From positions 340,258 to 404,257 of the forward strand of contig CP060231.1 in assembly GCA_023898625.1 (NCBI GenBank): a stretch of 64,000 nt of DNA. The letters are read 5' to 3'. Shown in pieces: positions 35,489-45,024 of this stretch (its first letter is position 1; each line of letters opens with the position of its first letter). Made by a program: the position numbers and the translations under genes. The stretch comes from Candidatus Nomurabacteria bacterium. GTDB taxonomy: Bacteria > Patescibacteriota > Saccharimonadia > Saccharimonadales > JAGQNJ01. Under the pieces are notes generated by a model. It saw only the letters and a list, made by a program, of their open reading frames with translations, searched no databases and was not told where the DNA came from.

Positions 35489-36814
35489 TTAGTATCCATG
35501 ATTCTGGGGATCAATTATGCTAAATCGTATTATCCACCCACCTCCTGGGTTTATTGGAATAACAACATCTTGTTTTGACATATCAACTGTCTGAAGTTGC
35601 TCTACCCCTTTTGAATATTCTTTTGTAAGGTCTACAAAACCTTTATTAATCATAAAAGAGTTTGTATATATCGACGTTGCCATTCCGACAGAAATAAACA
35701 CACTTAATGCATATAACCTAAAGGGTTTTGGTATATACATGCTTCCAAATTTAGCGAAGGCTATCGATATTCCAAGGATTCCATAAACAAAATATCTGTC
35801 GCCAAATTTAGCATTTGCCATAAAGTTTAATATTTCATCAGTTGATTGTAATTGAACCAAGGGGCTTCGTAGGATTGCAAATGTTATTCCAGCAATGAAT
35901 AGAAATAATAGTTTAGTTTGGTGGTTACTTTTGAAAAATACTATTATAGCAATCGTAATTGACGATAAAAATACCAAAATCAATAGCGCTACTTTTGCTA
36001 CACTCAAAGGCACATCTGGATTAATATCTAATCTAGTAAAGGTGATTGCTGGTATTAATATTTGATTATATATTTCTAAAATTGTATTTTTTGAGAATAA
36101 TGCAAGTATGCTTATCGAAGATCTTGTGTCATCTCTATTTAAATAGGCTAATAATTGCACAATTGAACCAAGCGTAGCGATTACTAACAGATATACTTGT
36201 TTTTTATGATAGTAAAAACGATTAATCAACAGGATGCCAAAATAAAGCCAAGCGAAAGGCAGGGTTAAGCAAATAACTATAAAGAACATAGTCTCTAAAT
36301 AGTTGACTATTTTAATGCTTGATTTGCGCACAACGATTAATAGTATCCCAACAATGCCTAGTAAAAATATTGAGTTAGAAAAATTAAAGAAAAATTCATC
36401 AACATTGGCTATCAAGCACAAAGAAGCTAAAACAAATATTCGTTCAAAATTTGTTGTAAGTATTTTGGTTCGTGGTGTGTATAAGTAATAAACGGTCAAA
36501 CAGAATAATCCGAACGCAGTTAGGTTAAACAAAAAAGGAGCCCACATTAGTGGTAGCTTTACTACCATTAGGCCAAACAAGCGTTCGAATAGATGAGAGA
36601 AACCATTTAGGGGAATAAATAGTGACTTTATGCCTAAATTAAAGCCATCCGCCAACCAAACAGCACCATCTTCTGCATATAGTTGGGGCTTGATAATGTA
36701 TCTAATACTCCTAATTGCATAAAATAAACTAGCGAACAATACATAAAAAGATGGCCCAGAGAGGAGGTCTTTAATTGTTGTTATTGTTTTATTTGTGCTA
36801 TGTTTGCGCGGCAT
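35489..36814 (-). CDS. Polytopic membrane protein, possible GT-C-type glycosyltransferase
   Basis: 441 aa with about 11 or more hydrophobic segments. Adjacent to the polyprenyl-P-sugar synthase and GtrA genes. No motif recognised directly. Confidence 0.4.
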   Translation of the reverse strand: MPRKHSTNKTITTIKDLLSGPSFYVLFASLFYAIRSIRYIIKPQLYAEDGAVWLADGFNLGIKSLFIPLNGFSHLFERLFGLMVVKLPLMWAPFLFNLTAFGLFCLTVYYLYTPRTKILTTNFERIFVLASLCLIANVDEFFFNFSNSIFLLGIVGILLIVVRKSSIKIVNYLETMFFIVICLTLPFAWLYFGILLINRFYYHKKQVYLLVIATLGSIVQLLAYLNRDDTRSSISILALFSKNTILEIYNQILIPAITFTRLDINPDVPLSVAKVALLILVFLSSITIAIIVFFKSNHQTKLLFLFIAGITFAILRSPLVQLQSTDEILNFMANAKFGDRYFVYGILGISIAFAKFGSMYIPKPFRLYALSVFISVGMATSIYTNSFMINKGFVDLTKEYSKGVEQLQTVDMSKQDVVIPINPGGGWIIRFSIIDPQNHGY

Positions 36815-36975
36815 CCATGTAATTATACACCGTAAACTTATCGATTAATTATTCTTACGATTCATAAAATTAAGGCATTTATATGTGACTATATTGTTTA
36901 CTTTACCTTTGTAGTAAGTACAGTAATTTTGTGTAAAACCAACAAATCTTATGCAGTTTTTTTAAGGGTGCCTGG

Positions 36976-37827
36976 TTATTTGTTAAGATATTTGCCGTAA
37001 CCGGATTTTTTTAGAGGTTCTGCTAGCTTTTGGAGTTGATTATTATTAATGAAGCCTTGTTCATAGGCAATTTTTTCTGGACTTCCAATGATTTGCCCTG
37101 TTCGGTTTTGGAGTACACGCACATAATCAGTAGCGTCGCTAAGGCTGTTGATTGTCCCAGTATCTAACCAGACATCGCCATCATCAAGAGTAGTAACCTT
37201 TAGCTTTCCTTGTCTTAAGTATTCCTCATTAATAGATGTGATTTCTAGTTCACCACGAGCGCTAGGTTTGATGTTTTTAGCAATATCTACCACGCTATTG
37301 TCATAAAAATACAAGCCCACAACAGCATAGTTACTTTTAGGGTTTGATGGCTTTTCTTCAATAGATTTAGCTTGCATGCTCGCTTCAAACTCAACAACCC
37401 CGTACCGTTCTGGGTCAGATACTTGATAAGCAAAAACAATACCGCCATCTGGGTCGGTACAGTTTTTGAGAGATTCATCTAATTCTGCTCCGTGAAATAT
37501 GTTGTCCCCAAGCACAAGGGCCACTTTGTCGTTGCCAATAAAATCTTCGCCGATAATAAAAGCTTGAGCCAAGCCATCAGGAGATGGTTGCACGGCGTAA
37601 TCCAGCTTAATTCCCCAGCTAGATCCATCGCCTAGCAAACGCTTAAACTGATCCTGATCATGAGGTGTAGTGATGATTAATATGTCTTTAATGCCCGCCA
37701 TCATTAGGGTGGATAAAGGATAATAAATCATTGGCTTGTCGTAAATTGGTATAAGTTGTTTGCTGATGCCTTGTGTAATTGGATGCAGTCGCGTTCCACT
37801 ACCACCTGCTAAAATAACACCTTTCAT
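36976..37827 (-). CDS. rfbA: Glucose-1-phosphate thymidylyltransferase
   Basis: [35 protein letters not shown] is a textbook RmlA. Confidence 0.95.
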   Translation of the reverse strand: MKGVILAGGSGTRLHPITQGISKQLIPIYDKPMIYYPLSTLMMAGIKDILIITTPHDQDQFKRLLGDGSSWGIKLDYAVQPSPDGLAQAFIIGEDFIGNDKVALVLGDNIFHGAELDESLKNCTDPDGGIVFAYQVSDPERYGVVEFEASMQAKSIEEKPSNPKSNYAVVGLYFYDNSVVDIAKNIKPSARGELEITSINEEYLRQGKLKVTTLDDGDVWLDTGTINSLSDATDYVRVLQNRTGQIIGSPEKIAYEQGFINNNQLQKLAEPLKKSGYGKYLNK

Positions 37828-37935
37828 ATAGTTCTATATCTCCGTTTTGCTGTTTATTATTTTAACATGCATGCTCAGGTTCAGATAGATAAGCGCCACT
37901 TCTAGAATACAATTAAGTATCTGGAAGGAGAGCGT

Positions 37936-38330
37936 ATGAGACATACAGGCACACAAACTCGTATTGGGGTATTAGTGCCCAAACTAGGAAGTATTAAACC
38001 AACCGTTAGTTTAAACAAAGAAGCTAAGCAATATTTGTCTTGGGGACTATTACCGGTCACATGGCAAGAATGCATCGTTAGTCTGTCGACACTATGACAT
38101 TAGCCATAGTCGTTTTTTTGCGAAAAGTCCGCAATAACCAACAGTGTCATAGTGAACTTATCGATCAGACAAACGTACCTATGAAGACCTGACATTCGTT
38201 TAAGCATCGTATATTTGTTGACGCTACCAGCCTCTTGCCAGCTTCGCTGGACAGAGACAAGGTGTTGCAGAATAAGGTAGCCTGACATACTGACAATCGC
38301 ATCCATGCTAATGAAGGTAAGAATATCTAT
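37936..38330 (+). pseudogene. Decayed transposase fragment (IS481/IS3-like N-terminal HTH region)
   Basis: MRHTGTQTRIGVLVPKLGSIKPTVSLNKEAKQYLSW.. then, after a frameshift, NASLVCRHYDISHSRFF. This resembles the '..EAK.RL.W...NVSLTCRHFGISRSTFY' leader of those transposases. Downstream is riddled with stops. Confidence 0.4.
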
Positions 38331-38333
38331 GTA

Positions 38334-38361
38334 TTGACAATAGATGTACATTATATATAAT
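38334..38361 (+). promoter_or_regulatory. Near-consensus sigma70-type promoter for the brnT/brnA-like pair
   Basis: TTGACA (38334-38339), 16-nt spacer, TATAAT (38356-38361). The ATG at 38368 lies 6 nt after the -10, implying a leaderless or near-leaderless mRNA. Confidence 0.55.
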
Positions 38362-38367
38362 ATAGGC

Positions 38368-38640
38368 ATGGCTTTTGATATATCCTTTAACGAAGAGAAG
38401 AATCAATTGTTAAAAGCCGTGCGAGGTATTGGGTTTGATGAGATTATCTTAGCTATCAAAGAGGGTAACTTACTTGACGATATTGCCCATCCGAATAAAG
38501 CGCACTCTCATCAGCGAGTATATGTGGTACGCATTCGTGCATACGTCTATGCTGTCCCGTATGTTGTTAACCCACAAACCAAAGAAATATTTTTAAAAAC
38601 AGTATATCCCAGTAGAGTTTTAAAGCGTAAATATATGTAA
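38368..38640 (+). CDS. BrnT-like (DUF497) toxin
   Basis: 'FNEEKNQLLKAVRGIGFDEII' follows the W/F-D/N-E-x-K-N..KHG..F pattern. C-terminal 'IFLKTVYPSRVLKRKY'. About 90 aa, followed by a BrnA-like gene. The tracked ORF starts at 38344. Confidence 0.55.
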   Translation: MAFDISFNEEKNQLLKAVRGIGFDEIILAIKEGNLLDDIAHPNKAHSHQRVYVVRIRAYVYAVPYVVNPQTKEIFLKTVYPSRVLKRKYM

Positions 38641-38650
38641 GGAGATAAGC

Positions 38651-38959
38651 ATGAGTAATACATTTGACCCATATGCCAACCTAGTTTTGGACGAGGAAGA
38701 GCAAGCTCTAGAAGCTTCTCTGGAGCGAGGTGAATTTGAATCAGTTAAGGACTTTGAAGAGGTAAAAAAGCAGGCTGAGTTAGCCGCAAAACGCCACATT
38801 GAGTTACAGGCCAGCAAGCCCATTACTTTGCGTGTCAAGCAAGCTGATCTAATTAAGATTAAGGCCAAAGCAAAGCGTAGCAATATACCCTACCAGACAC
38901 TCCTAGGTGCACTATTGCACGATTTTGCTGAAAATAAAAACGAAATAAAGCTACACTAA
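38651..38959 (+). CDS. BrnA-like / CopG-type antitoxin
   Basis: 'KPITLRVKQADLIKIKAKAKRSNIPYQTLLGALLHDF' resembles the RHH + 'PYQTLI' signature of BrnA-family antitoxins. Confidence 0.6.
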   Translation: MSNTFDPYANLVLDEEEQALEASLERGEFESVKDFEEVKKQAELAAKRHIELQASKPITLRVKQADLIKIKAKAKRSNIPYQTLLGALLHDFAENKNEIKLH

Positions 38960-39174
38960 TTGATTGCATGAGTTTTCTCTTCATAGCACAAACTCCTTAC
39001 TGCATAATCTTGACACATTATTCAAAGGAATAATAGAGTGTTTTTACACATTTTTGTAAGGAATAATTGTTTGTACTCTTGCTTTTAGTTACTTTGTAGC
39101 CTATTGCTTCAAACAAGTGAACATTGTATTTGCATCGCCATAACAGGGTACTTTAATAACTGTAGGTCTTATGT

Positions 39175-39744
39175 TTATGACTTACATTCCTCGAGTAGCT
39201 CTGGAAACTCAGTTGTCCTAAAATGCCCACTATCAGTATATTCCCGATATTCTATGTCTTTGACCTCTTCTTTCAGAATCTCGACTGTCTTTACTACGCT
39301 TGGTTCATCGTCGCTTGATATGAATACGGTCACTCCGGCTGTATGCGATGGAAAATCAGAATCGATAGTAAAGTCAAAGAAATCAGCAGTGTCCGATACT
39401 TCATAATTCAACGGATTAGTCCACGGGGCAACGAGAACAACTTTACCAACTTTCGAATCTTTATGCTCGCTCAGATAGCGAATCAAGAAGCCGCCACCAC
39501 AACTGTGGCCTACAAGTATCGTTTCAGGTGTGATATCGAATCGTTCAAACTCTTTCTTCCATTCGTCGTAACGAGGCCGAAACGGAAACGGCGGTTCAAT
39601 AGAAACAGCATGGATATCTTTAAGAATTAACTGGCGCTGTAACCAGGCGAACCAATAGTTTTGGCTGTTACTCGGCAGATTTGGATCGTAATGCTGATCT
39701 TTGTCGGGGCGACCAGGGACGAGAACTGCATTTTTCATGGTCAT
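39175..39744 (-). CDS. Alpha/beta serine hydrolase (YdeN/RBBP9-like)
   Basis: Nucleophile elbow 'ILVGHSCGGGF'. About 190 aa. 'VLVPGRPD' N-terminus is typical of this small hydrolase family. Confidence 0.65.
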   Translation of the reverse strand: MTMKNAVLVPGRPDKDQHYDPNLPSNSQNYWFAWLQRQLILKDIHAVSIEPPFPFRPRYDEWKKEFERFDITPETILVGHSCGGGFLIRYLSEHKDSKVGKVVLVAPWTNPLNYEVSDTADFFDFTIDSDFPSHTAGVTVFISSDDEPSVVKTVEILKEEVKDIEYREYTDSGHFRTTEFPELLEECKS

Positions 39745-40025
39745 AATTATACAGCAATTACTGAGGTGTAGCATCAGAAATTAAGACACCTGTCTACTGA
39801 TGAAGATTTATCTAAAATTAAAAGTAAAGAAGTAGCGCTCATCATATGAACCTCCACAGATAGTTGACGCTTGTGCTCAAATCTGTTACAATTTTGATCA
39901 AGTTATTAGTTTAAGAGTGAATCCTGGTAGTTAGTGTTTTGTACTTTGGTTTCATTAATGACAATCACTGCATCATTAACTATAAAGGCATTATTTAATG
40001 CCGTAAAATAAAGGATTTTACTTAC

Positions 40026-41207
40026 ATGCCATACACAAAAAATAATCACAGACGATCTCGAAGCACAAAGATGTATAAACAACCCAAAAAACGATATCGA
40101 GGTCAATATATCAATCCTGAGCGTTTCATTAAAGAAGCTCAACCTGTTAGTGCTGATCAATATCAAGCTATACATAAGTTTGATGATTTTAATATGATTG
40201 ATCTACTAAAGAACAATCTCCGTGCTAAGGGATATGAGATCCCGTCACCTATCCAAGATCAAACAATCCCACTAGCTTTGGAAGGTAATGATATTATCGG
40301 TATAGCCAATACCGGTACTGGAAAGACGGCATCTTTTGCAGTTCCAGTATTGAATAAACTTATTATTGATAGGGAGTCTAGGGTATTAATTGTTGCCCCA
40401 ACTCGTGAACTTGCCGAGCAAATAGAGTTAGAGATGGAGTCTATCGCAAACGGTAGTGGTTTGCGGGGTGCATTATTAATTGGTGGATCTAGTATTGGGC
40501 GACAGCTACGAGATTTAAGACTTAATCCTTCGGTAGTGATTGGTACGCCCGGACGAATTAAAGATCATTTAGAGCGCAGTAGCTTAAAATTGGGCAGATT
40601 TAATATGGTAGTTTTAGATGAGGTCGACAGGATGTTAGACATGGGATTCTTGCCAGATATAACAACCATAATGAACCAGCTTCCAAAAGATAGGCTGTCG
40701 TTATTTTTCTCGGCTACAATCGACAAGAGGGTAGAGGGGTTAATCGAGAATTTTTCGAACAACCCTATAATGGTCAAACATAAAACAAGCGACACTAGTG
40801 ATAATGTTCATCAGGATGTGGTGCGTATAGGTAATTCTAGCGATAAAATTGACAGACTACACGATATCTTAATAAAAGATGAGGCAGAGAAAATTATTGT
40901 GTTTGATGAAACTCAACGAAATGTCGAAAAACTTGGTAACGAGTTGGTTACAAGAGGTTTCAAAGCAGATGTTATTCATGGCGGGAAAAATCAACGCCAA
41001 AGACAGCGAGCTTTGTTGCGGTTTAAAGATAACGAAGTGAATATATTAGTAGCAACGGATGTTGCGGCTCGGGGTATTGACGTCAAGGACATTACGCATG
41101 TTATAAATTATAGTGTTCCTCAAACTTACGACGATTACACTCATCGGATTGGTCGAGCTGGACGAGCCGGTCGAGTGGGCTACGCACTGACTTTTATAAA
41201 TGAATAA
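40026..41207 (+). CDS. DEAD-box ATP-dependent RNA helicase (DEVD variant)
   Basis: Q-motif/Walker A 'NTGTGKTASF', 'PTRELAEQ', 'VLDEVDRMLDMGF', 'SAT', 'ATDVAARGID', 'HRIGRAGRAG'. Confidence 0.93.
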   Translation: MPYTKNNHRRSRSTKMYKQPKKRYRGQYINPERFIKEAQPVSADQYQAIHKFDDFNMIDLLKNNLRAKGYEIPSPIQDQTIPLALEGNDIIGIANTGTGKTASFAVPVLNKLIIDRESRVLIVAPTRELAEQIELEMESIANGSGLRGALLIGGSSIGRQLRDLRLNPSVVIGTPGRIKDHLERSSLKLGRFNMVVLDEVDRMLDMGFLPDITTIMNQLPKDRLSLFFSATIDKRVEGLIENFSNNPIMVKHKTSDTSDNVHQDVVRIGNSSDKIDRLHDILIKDEAEKIIVFDETQRNVEKLGNELVTRGFKADVIHGGKNQRQRQRALLRFKDNEVNILVATDVAARGIDVKDITHVINYSVPQTYDDYTHRIGRAGRAGRVGYALTFINE

Positions 41208-41217
41208 GGAAAATTAA

Positions 41218-43056
41218 ATGGATACAAACGTAAACCAAGATTCAAACAAAATCCGTAACATTGCTATTATTGCTCATGTTGATCATGGTAAGACAACTTT
41301 GGTAGACGGATTACTCAAACAGTCGCATACTTTCAGGGAAAATCAGGCAGAAATGAGTCAAGAGCTGATTATGGATAGTGGTGACCAAGAGCGAGAGCGT
41401 GGCATCACCATCACGGCAAAGGTTACGGCCGTTCAGCACGGTGATTACCGAATTAACATTATTGATACTCCGGGACATGCCGATTTTTCAGGTGAGGTTG
41501 AGCGAACATTGAATATGGCCGATGGATGTATTTTGATCGTTGACGCTCAAGAGGGCCCTATGCCTCAAACTAAATTTGTTCTTGGCAAGGCCTTGGCTTC
41601 AGAGCTAAAACCAATTGTTATTATCAACAAAATAGATAAACCAGGCAGTCGCATTAAAGAAGTTGAAGACGAACTGGCTGATTTATTTTTAGAATTGGCT
41701 GTTCATGAAGACCAACTGCACTACCCGGTATACTACGCAATTGGACGTGAAGGAAAAGCCTGGGATGACATACCAGATGATGTCGGGGCTAATACAGATC
41801 TAGAACCAATATTTAAAGCTATAATTGATCAAATTCCGGCACCAGTTGTTGAATTAGATAAACCTTTTCAAATGTTAGTTACGGCACTTGCCTGGGATAG
41901 CTATAAGGGTAAGTATGCTATCGGACGCATTACCAGAGGGTCTATTGGCGCAGGTGGTCAAGTATCTTTGTGTAAGAAAGACGGCTCAATTGCTAAAGCC
42001 AAAGTAGATAATGTTTTTATGAGCCAGGGAGTTAGTAAATTTGAGGTTTCTAAGGGAATCGCCGGTGATATTGTGCAGATAACCGGTATTGCAGATGCTC
42101 AAATTGGTGAAACGGTTGCCGATGTTGATGCGCCGGAAGCTTTGCCAGTGTTAGAAATTGAAGAGCCGACTCTAAAGATTTATCTAGGGCCAAATACCTC
42201 GCCGTTTAAAGGCACTGAAGGCGAGTTCAGCACTTCTAGGCAAATTGGAGAACGTTTAAATAAGGAACTAGAGATTAATGTTGGTTTGAGGGTTGAAGAT
42301 CAGGGAATTGGCTTTTTGGTGTCGGGCAGGGGAGAATTACATCTTAGTGTTTTGATAGAAACCATGCGCCGTGAAGGTTATGAATTCGAGGTGGGACGCC
42401 CCCAGGTGGTTACGCGCGAAAAAGATGGGCAAATTGAAGAACCTCTCGAAGAATTATTAATTGAAGTTCCAGCAGAATATGTCGGTGCTGTTCAGATGGA
42501 ACTAGGTGCTCGTCGAGCTGAGTTGGTGGAACAGTTTGCTAGTCCTAAAGGTGTTACGAAGTTGGTGTACAAGTTGCCAACGCGGGCTTTGCTTGGTTTG
42601 CGTAACATTTTAATTACTAAAACTAAGGGCACTATTGTGATGAATAGTTTGATGATTGGCTATCAGGAACTAGGTGCTGATATACAACAAATAAGAAATG
42701 GTGTATTAGTGGCTTTTGAAACTGGCACGACAACACCGTATGCCTTGCAAATGGCTGAGGATCGAGGAGAGGTTTTTGTTGGTCCTGCTGAAAAGGTTTA
42801 TGCTGGGCAAATAGTAGGTTTAAATAAGCGCCAGGACGATCTAGAAATGAATGTTTGCAAGGCAAAACATTTAACAAACATGAGGAGCTCTTCTTCTGAT
42901 GGGGTCGTGCAACTAACTCCCCCAACTATTTTAAGCTTGGAACAATGCCTGGACTTTATTGAAAAAGACGAACTTCTAGAAGTCACACCTAAGAATTTAC
43001 GCTTGCGCAAAAAAGAGCTCGACCATAACAAACGCAAACGCCAAAACAAACAATAA
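41218..43056 (+). CDS. typA: Translational GTPase TypA/BipA
   Basis: 'IRNIAIIAHVDHGKTTLVD', 'DTPGHADF', 'NKIDK'. 612 aa. Confidence 0.95.
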   Translation: MDTNVNQDSNKIRNIAIIAHVDHGKTTLVDGLLKQSHTFRENQAEMSQELIMDSGDQERERGITITAKVTAVQHGDYRINIIDTPGHADFSGEVERTLNMADGCILIVDAQEGPMPQTKFVLGKALASELKPIVIINKIDKPGSRIKEVEDELADLFLELAVHEDQLHYPVYYAIGREGKAWDDIPDDVGANTDLEPIFKAIIDQIPAPVVELDKPFQMLVTALAWDSYKGKYAIGRITRGSIGAGGQVSLCKKDGSIAKAKVDNVFMSQGVSKFEVSKGIAGDIVQITGIADAQIGETVADVDAPEALPVLEIEEPTLKIYLGPNTSPFKGTEGEFSTSRQIGERLNKELEINVGLRVEDQGIGFLVSGRGELHLSVLIETMRREGYEFEVGRPQVVTREKDGQIEEPLEELLIEVPAEYVGAVQMELGARRAELVEQFASPKGVTKLVYKLPTRALLGLRNILITKTKGTIVMNSLMIGYQELGADIQQIRNGVLVAFETGTTTPYALQMAEDRGEVFVGPAEKVYAGQIVGLNKRQDDLEMNVCKAKHLTNMRSSSSDGVVQLTPPTILSLEQCLDFIEKDELLEVTPKNLRLRKKELDHNKRKRQNKQ

Positions 43057-43911
43057 TTAATTACCAGGATTTTTAGTTAGGTATTCTTTTAGAGCCTCTA
43101 GCCAAGGTTGTGGTTTGTATCCAAGCGATTTAATTTTATCCAGCGATAGTTCACTTTGTAGTGGACGTGGAGCAATACCTTGTTTATCTTTATAATAGTC
43201 TTTTGTTGACACACCAGTCACAGTATTAGTTAGATTTGATAGCCTATATATAGTTTTAGTGATTTCTGCCCATGACGTTGATTGTCCATCATTTGTTATA
43301 TTGTAGGTACCGAACGGCGCTTTCGTTGACAATATGAAATCAATAGCTTTAACCAGTTCGCCAGTGAAGGTAAGTCTGCCAATCTGATCATTTACAACGG
43401 ATGGATTAATGCCTTTATGAGCTAGATCGAGCATGGTGCGCACAAAGTTTTTGCCTTCGCCGATTACCCATGACGTGCGCAGTATATAGTAGTTTTGTAA
43501 AGTTGAGACCAATAAATCACCTGATGCCTTGCTAGCTCCGTATACACTAAGGGGGCTAAAAGGTTCGTCTTCTAAGTGAGGAGTGATCGTGCCATCAAAC
43601 ACATAGTCTGTAGAGATATGAACAAGCGTAATATTATTTTGTCTCGCAACCTGGGCTAGATTTCCAACAGCCGTAGCATTAACCGCCCAAGTAGCAGTCC
43701 TTCCTTTGGGTGTTTCAGCTCCATTGACATTGGTATAAGCCGCAGAGTTAATCAGCACTTTTATGCCAGACCAATCGTAGTTTTCTACGGACTTTCTATC
43801 TGTTATATCTAAAGTATCGGAATCGGCGGACTTGGCATTAGGGTATTTTTGCCGTAGTGCTGTACCCAATTGCCCATTCGCCCCCACTATGAAAATATCT
43901 GTTTCTTTCAT
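43057..43911 (-). CDS. rfbD: dTDP-4-dehydrorhamnose reductase
   Basis: 'IFIVGANGQLG', 'YGASKASGD' (YxxxK). The ATG at 43911 forms an ATGA overlap with the upstream ATPase stop. Confidence 0.9.
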   Translation of the reverse strand: MKETDIFIVGANGQLGTALRQKYPNAKSADSDTLDITDRKSVENYDWSGIKVLINSAAYTNVNGAETPKGRTATWAVNATAVGNLAQVARQNNITLVHISTDYVFDGTITPHLEDEPFSPLSVYGASKASGDLLVSTLQNYYILRTSWVIGEGKNFVRTMLDLAHKGINPSVVNDQIGRLTFTGELVKAIDFILSTKAPFGTYNITNDGQSTSWAEITKTIYRLSNLTNTVTGVSTKDYYKDKQGIAPRPLQSELSLDKIKSLGYKPQPWLEALKEYLTKNPGN

Positions 43912-45017
43912 ATGTAGTCCCAATAATTCTCCTTAGTGATAAATTCCGTGCTTACGCTAGGGTATGACGATCTAAAACCGGCTGGTATTTTGGATTGTTT
44001 TTTCCATTTACATTCATAGGCATGAGTCTCTTGGGCGACCTCCTCTATAAGGTCAATTTCTTGCCTATCGCGTGAACGCCAGTAGTAGCTACGTACGAAT
44101 TTTTGTTCGTTCTGATGCAATTTAAGTCGCTCTACTAATACAAAATTCTCCCAGAGTTGACCAACATCGTTTCGCAGATGGAGATCTCTAAAATCATCTA
44201 TAAGCGCATTGCGCATACCAAGATCATAAAAATACACTTTTCTTAGTCTGCCAATCAGAGATCTTTGGTTCTTGCGGTATTGAGGGCGTCTAAAGACTAT
44301 GAAGGCCTTTTCTAGCAAGTCGATATAGCGCATGACAGTTTCTTTACTGATTTCTAAATGTGTTGCCAGTTCACTGTAGCTGACCTCATTGCCTATTTGA
44401 TGAGCTAACAACCTCAACAGGTTGTCGATAACGGTCTGGTCGTATATTGTGCCCAGTGCAAAAGAATCTTTGTACAGATATCGATTAGCTATATCTCTAG
44501 CTCTGTTAGCTGAGTCTTCTAGGTTCATGCCCCACAACCCAGGATACCCACCATGTATCAGTAATCTCTCGAGATTATTATTCCCTGACAGTAGATTTTT
44601 TGACACTTCTTTGAGTCCGAGTGGGTAAAGCAATAGCTCGACAGATCTGCCAGTCAGAGGTTCTTTGGTTTTGTTAGCTAGATCTAGGCTAGAGCTACCG
44701 GTAAGGAGTAATTTTATATTTGGTAGGTTGTCGTGGATAAGTTTGGCGGTTAGGCCGATGTTTTCTACACGCTGTGCTTCATCAATAACAACCAAATCTG
44801 TGTTGCTAAGAAGTCGTTGCAAGTTATTGAGCGATTGATTTTGTAGTTGTCGGACAATTACTGGGTCATCACAGTTAAGATACAAGCCATTTTGTGAACT
44901 GGTCAATAGTTTTTTCGAGAGAGTAGTTTTGCCTACTTGTCGTGCGCCATATAGCACGGTAACAAATCCCTCACTTATAGCATTAATAAGATGTGGTTCC
45001 AAATTGCGATCTATCAT
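43908..45017 (-). CDS. AAA_14-type ATPase with wHTH and DUF4143 (PD-(D/E)xK-like) domain, paralogue 2
   Basis: Walker A GARQVGKTT, Walker B LVVIDEAQ, 'LEISKETVMRYIDLLEKAFIVF', 'EIDLIEE..HAYECKW'. Collinear similarity to 19720-20883. Confidence 0.8.
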   Translation of the reverse strand: MIDRNLEPHLINAISEGFVTVLYGARQVGKTTLSKKLLTSSQNGLYLNCDDPVIVRQLQNQSLNNLQRLLSNTDLVVIDEAQRVENIGLTAKLIHDNLPNIKLLLTGSSSLDLANKTKEPLTGRSVELLLYPLGLKEVSKNLLSGNNNLERLLIHGGYPGLWGMNLEDSANRARDIANRYLYKDSFALGTIYDQTVIDNLLRLLAHQIGNEVSYSELATHLEISKETVMRYIDLLEKAFIVFRRPQYRKNQRSLIGRLRKVYFYDLGMRNALIDDFRDLHLRNDVGQLWENFVLVERLKLHQNEQKFVRSYYWRSRDRQEIDLIEEVAQETHAYECKWKKQSKIPAGFRSSYPSVSTEFITKENYWDYI

Positions 45018-45024
45018 ATCAGCT

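Noticed and set aside
38100-38369. 89-aa minus-strand ORF
   Set aside because: It lies over the decayed transposase remnant and the brnT-like promoter, and its composition looks random.
39104-39630. Two + strand ORFs (100 and 95 aa)
   Set aside because: Both are antisense to the well-supported alpha/beta hydrolase gene (GHSCG nucleophile elbow).
39966-39985. Small hairpin GGCATTATTTAATGCC in the leader of the DEAD-box helicase gene
   Set aside because: It is only a 6-bp AT-rich stem with no flanking conservation that I can assess. That is insufficient to call a regulatory element.
42632-43049. 97- and 83-aa minus-strand ORFs
   Set aside because: Both are antisense to typA.
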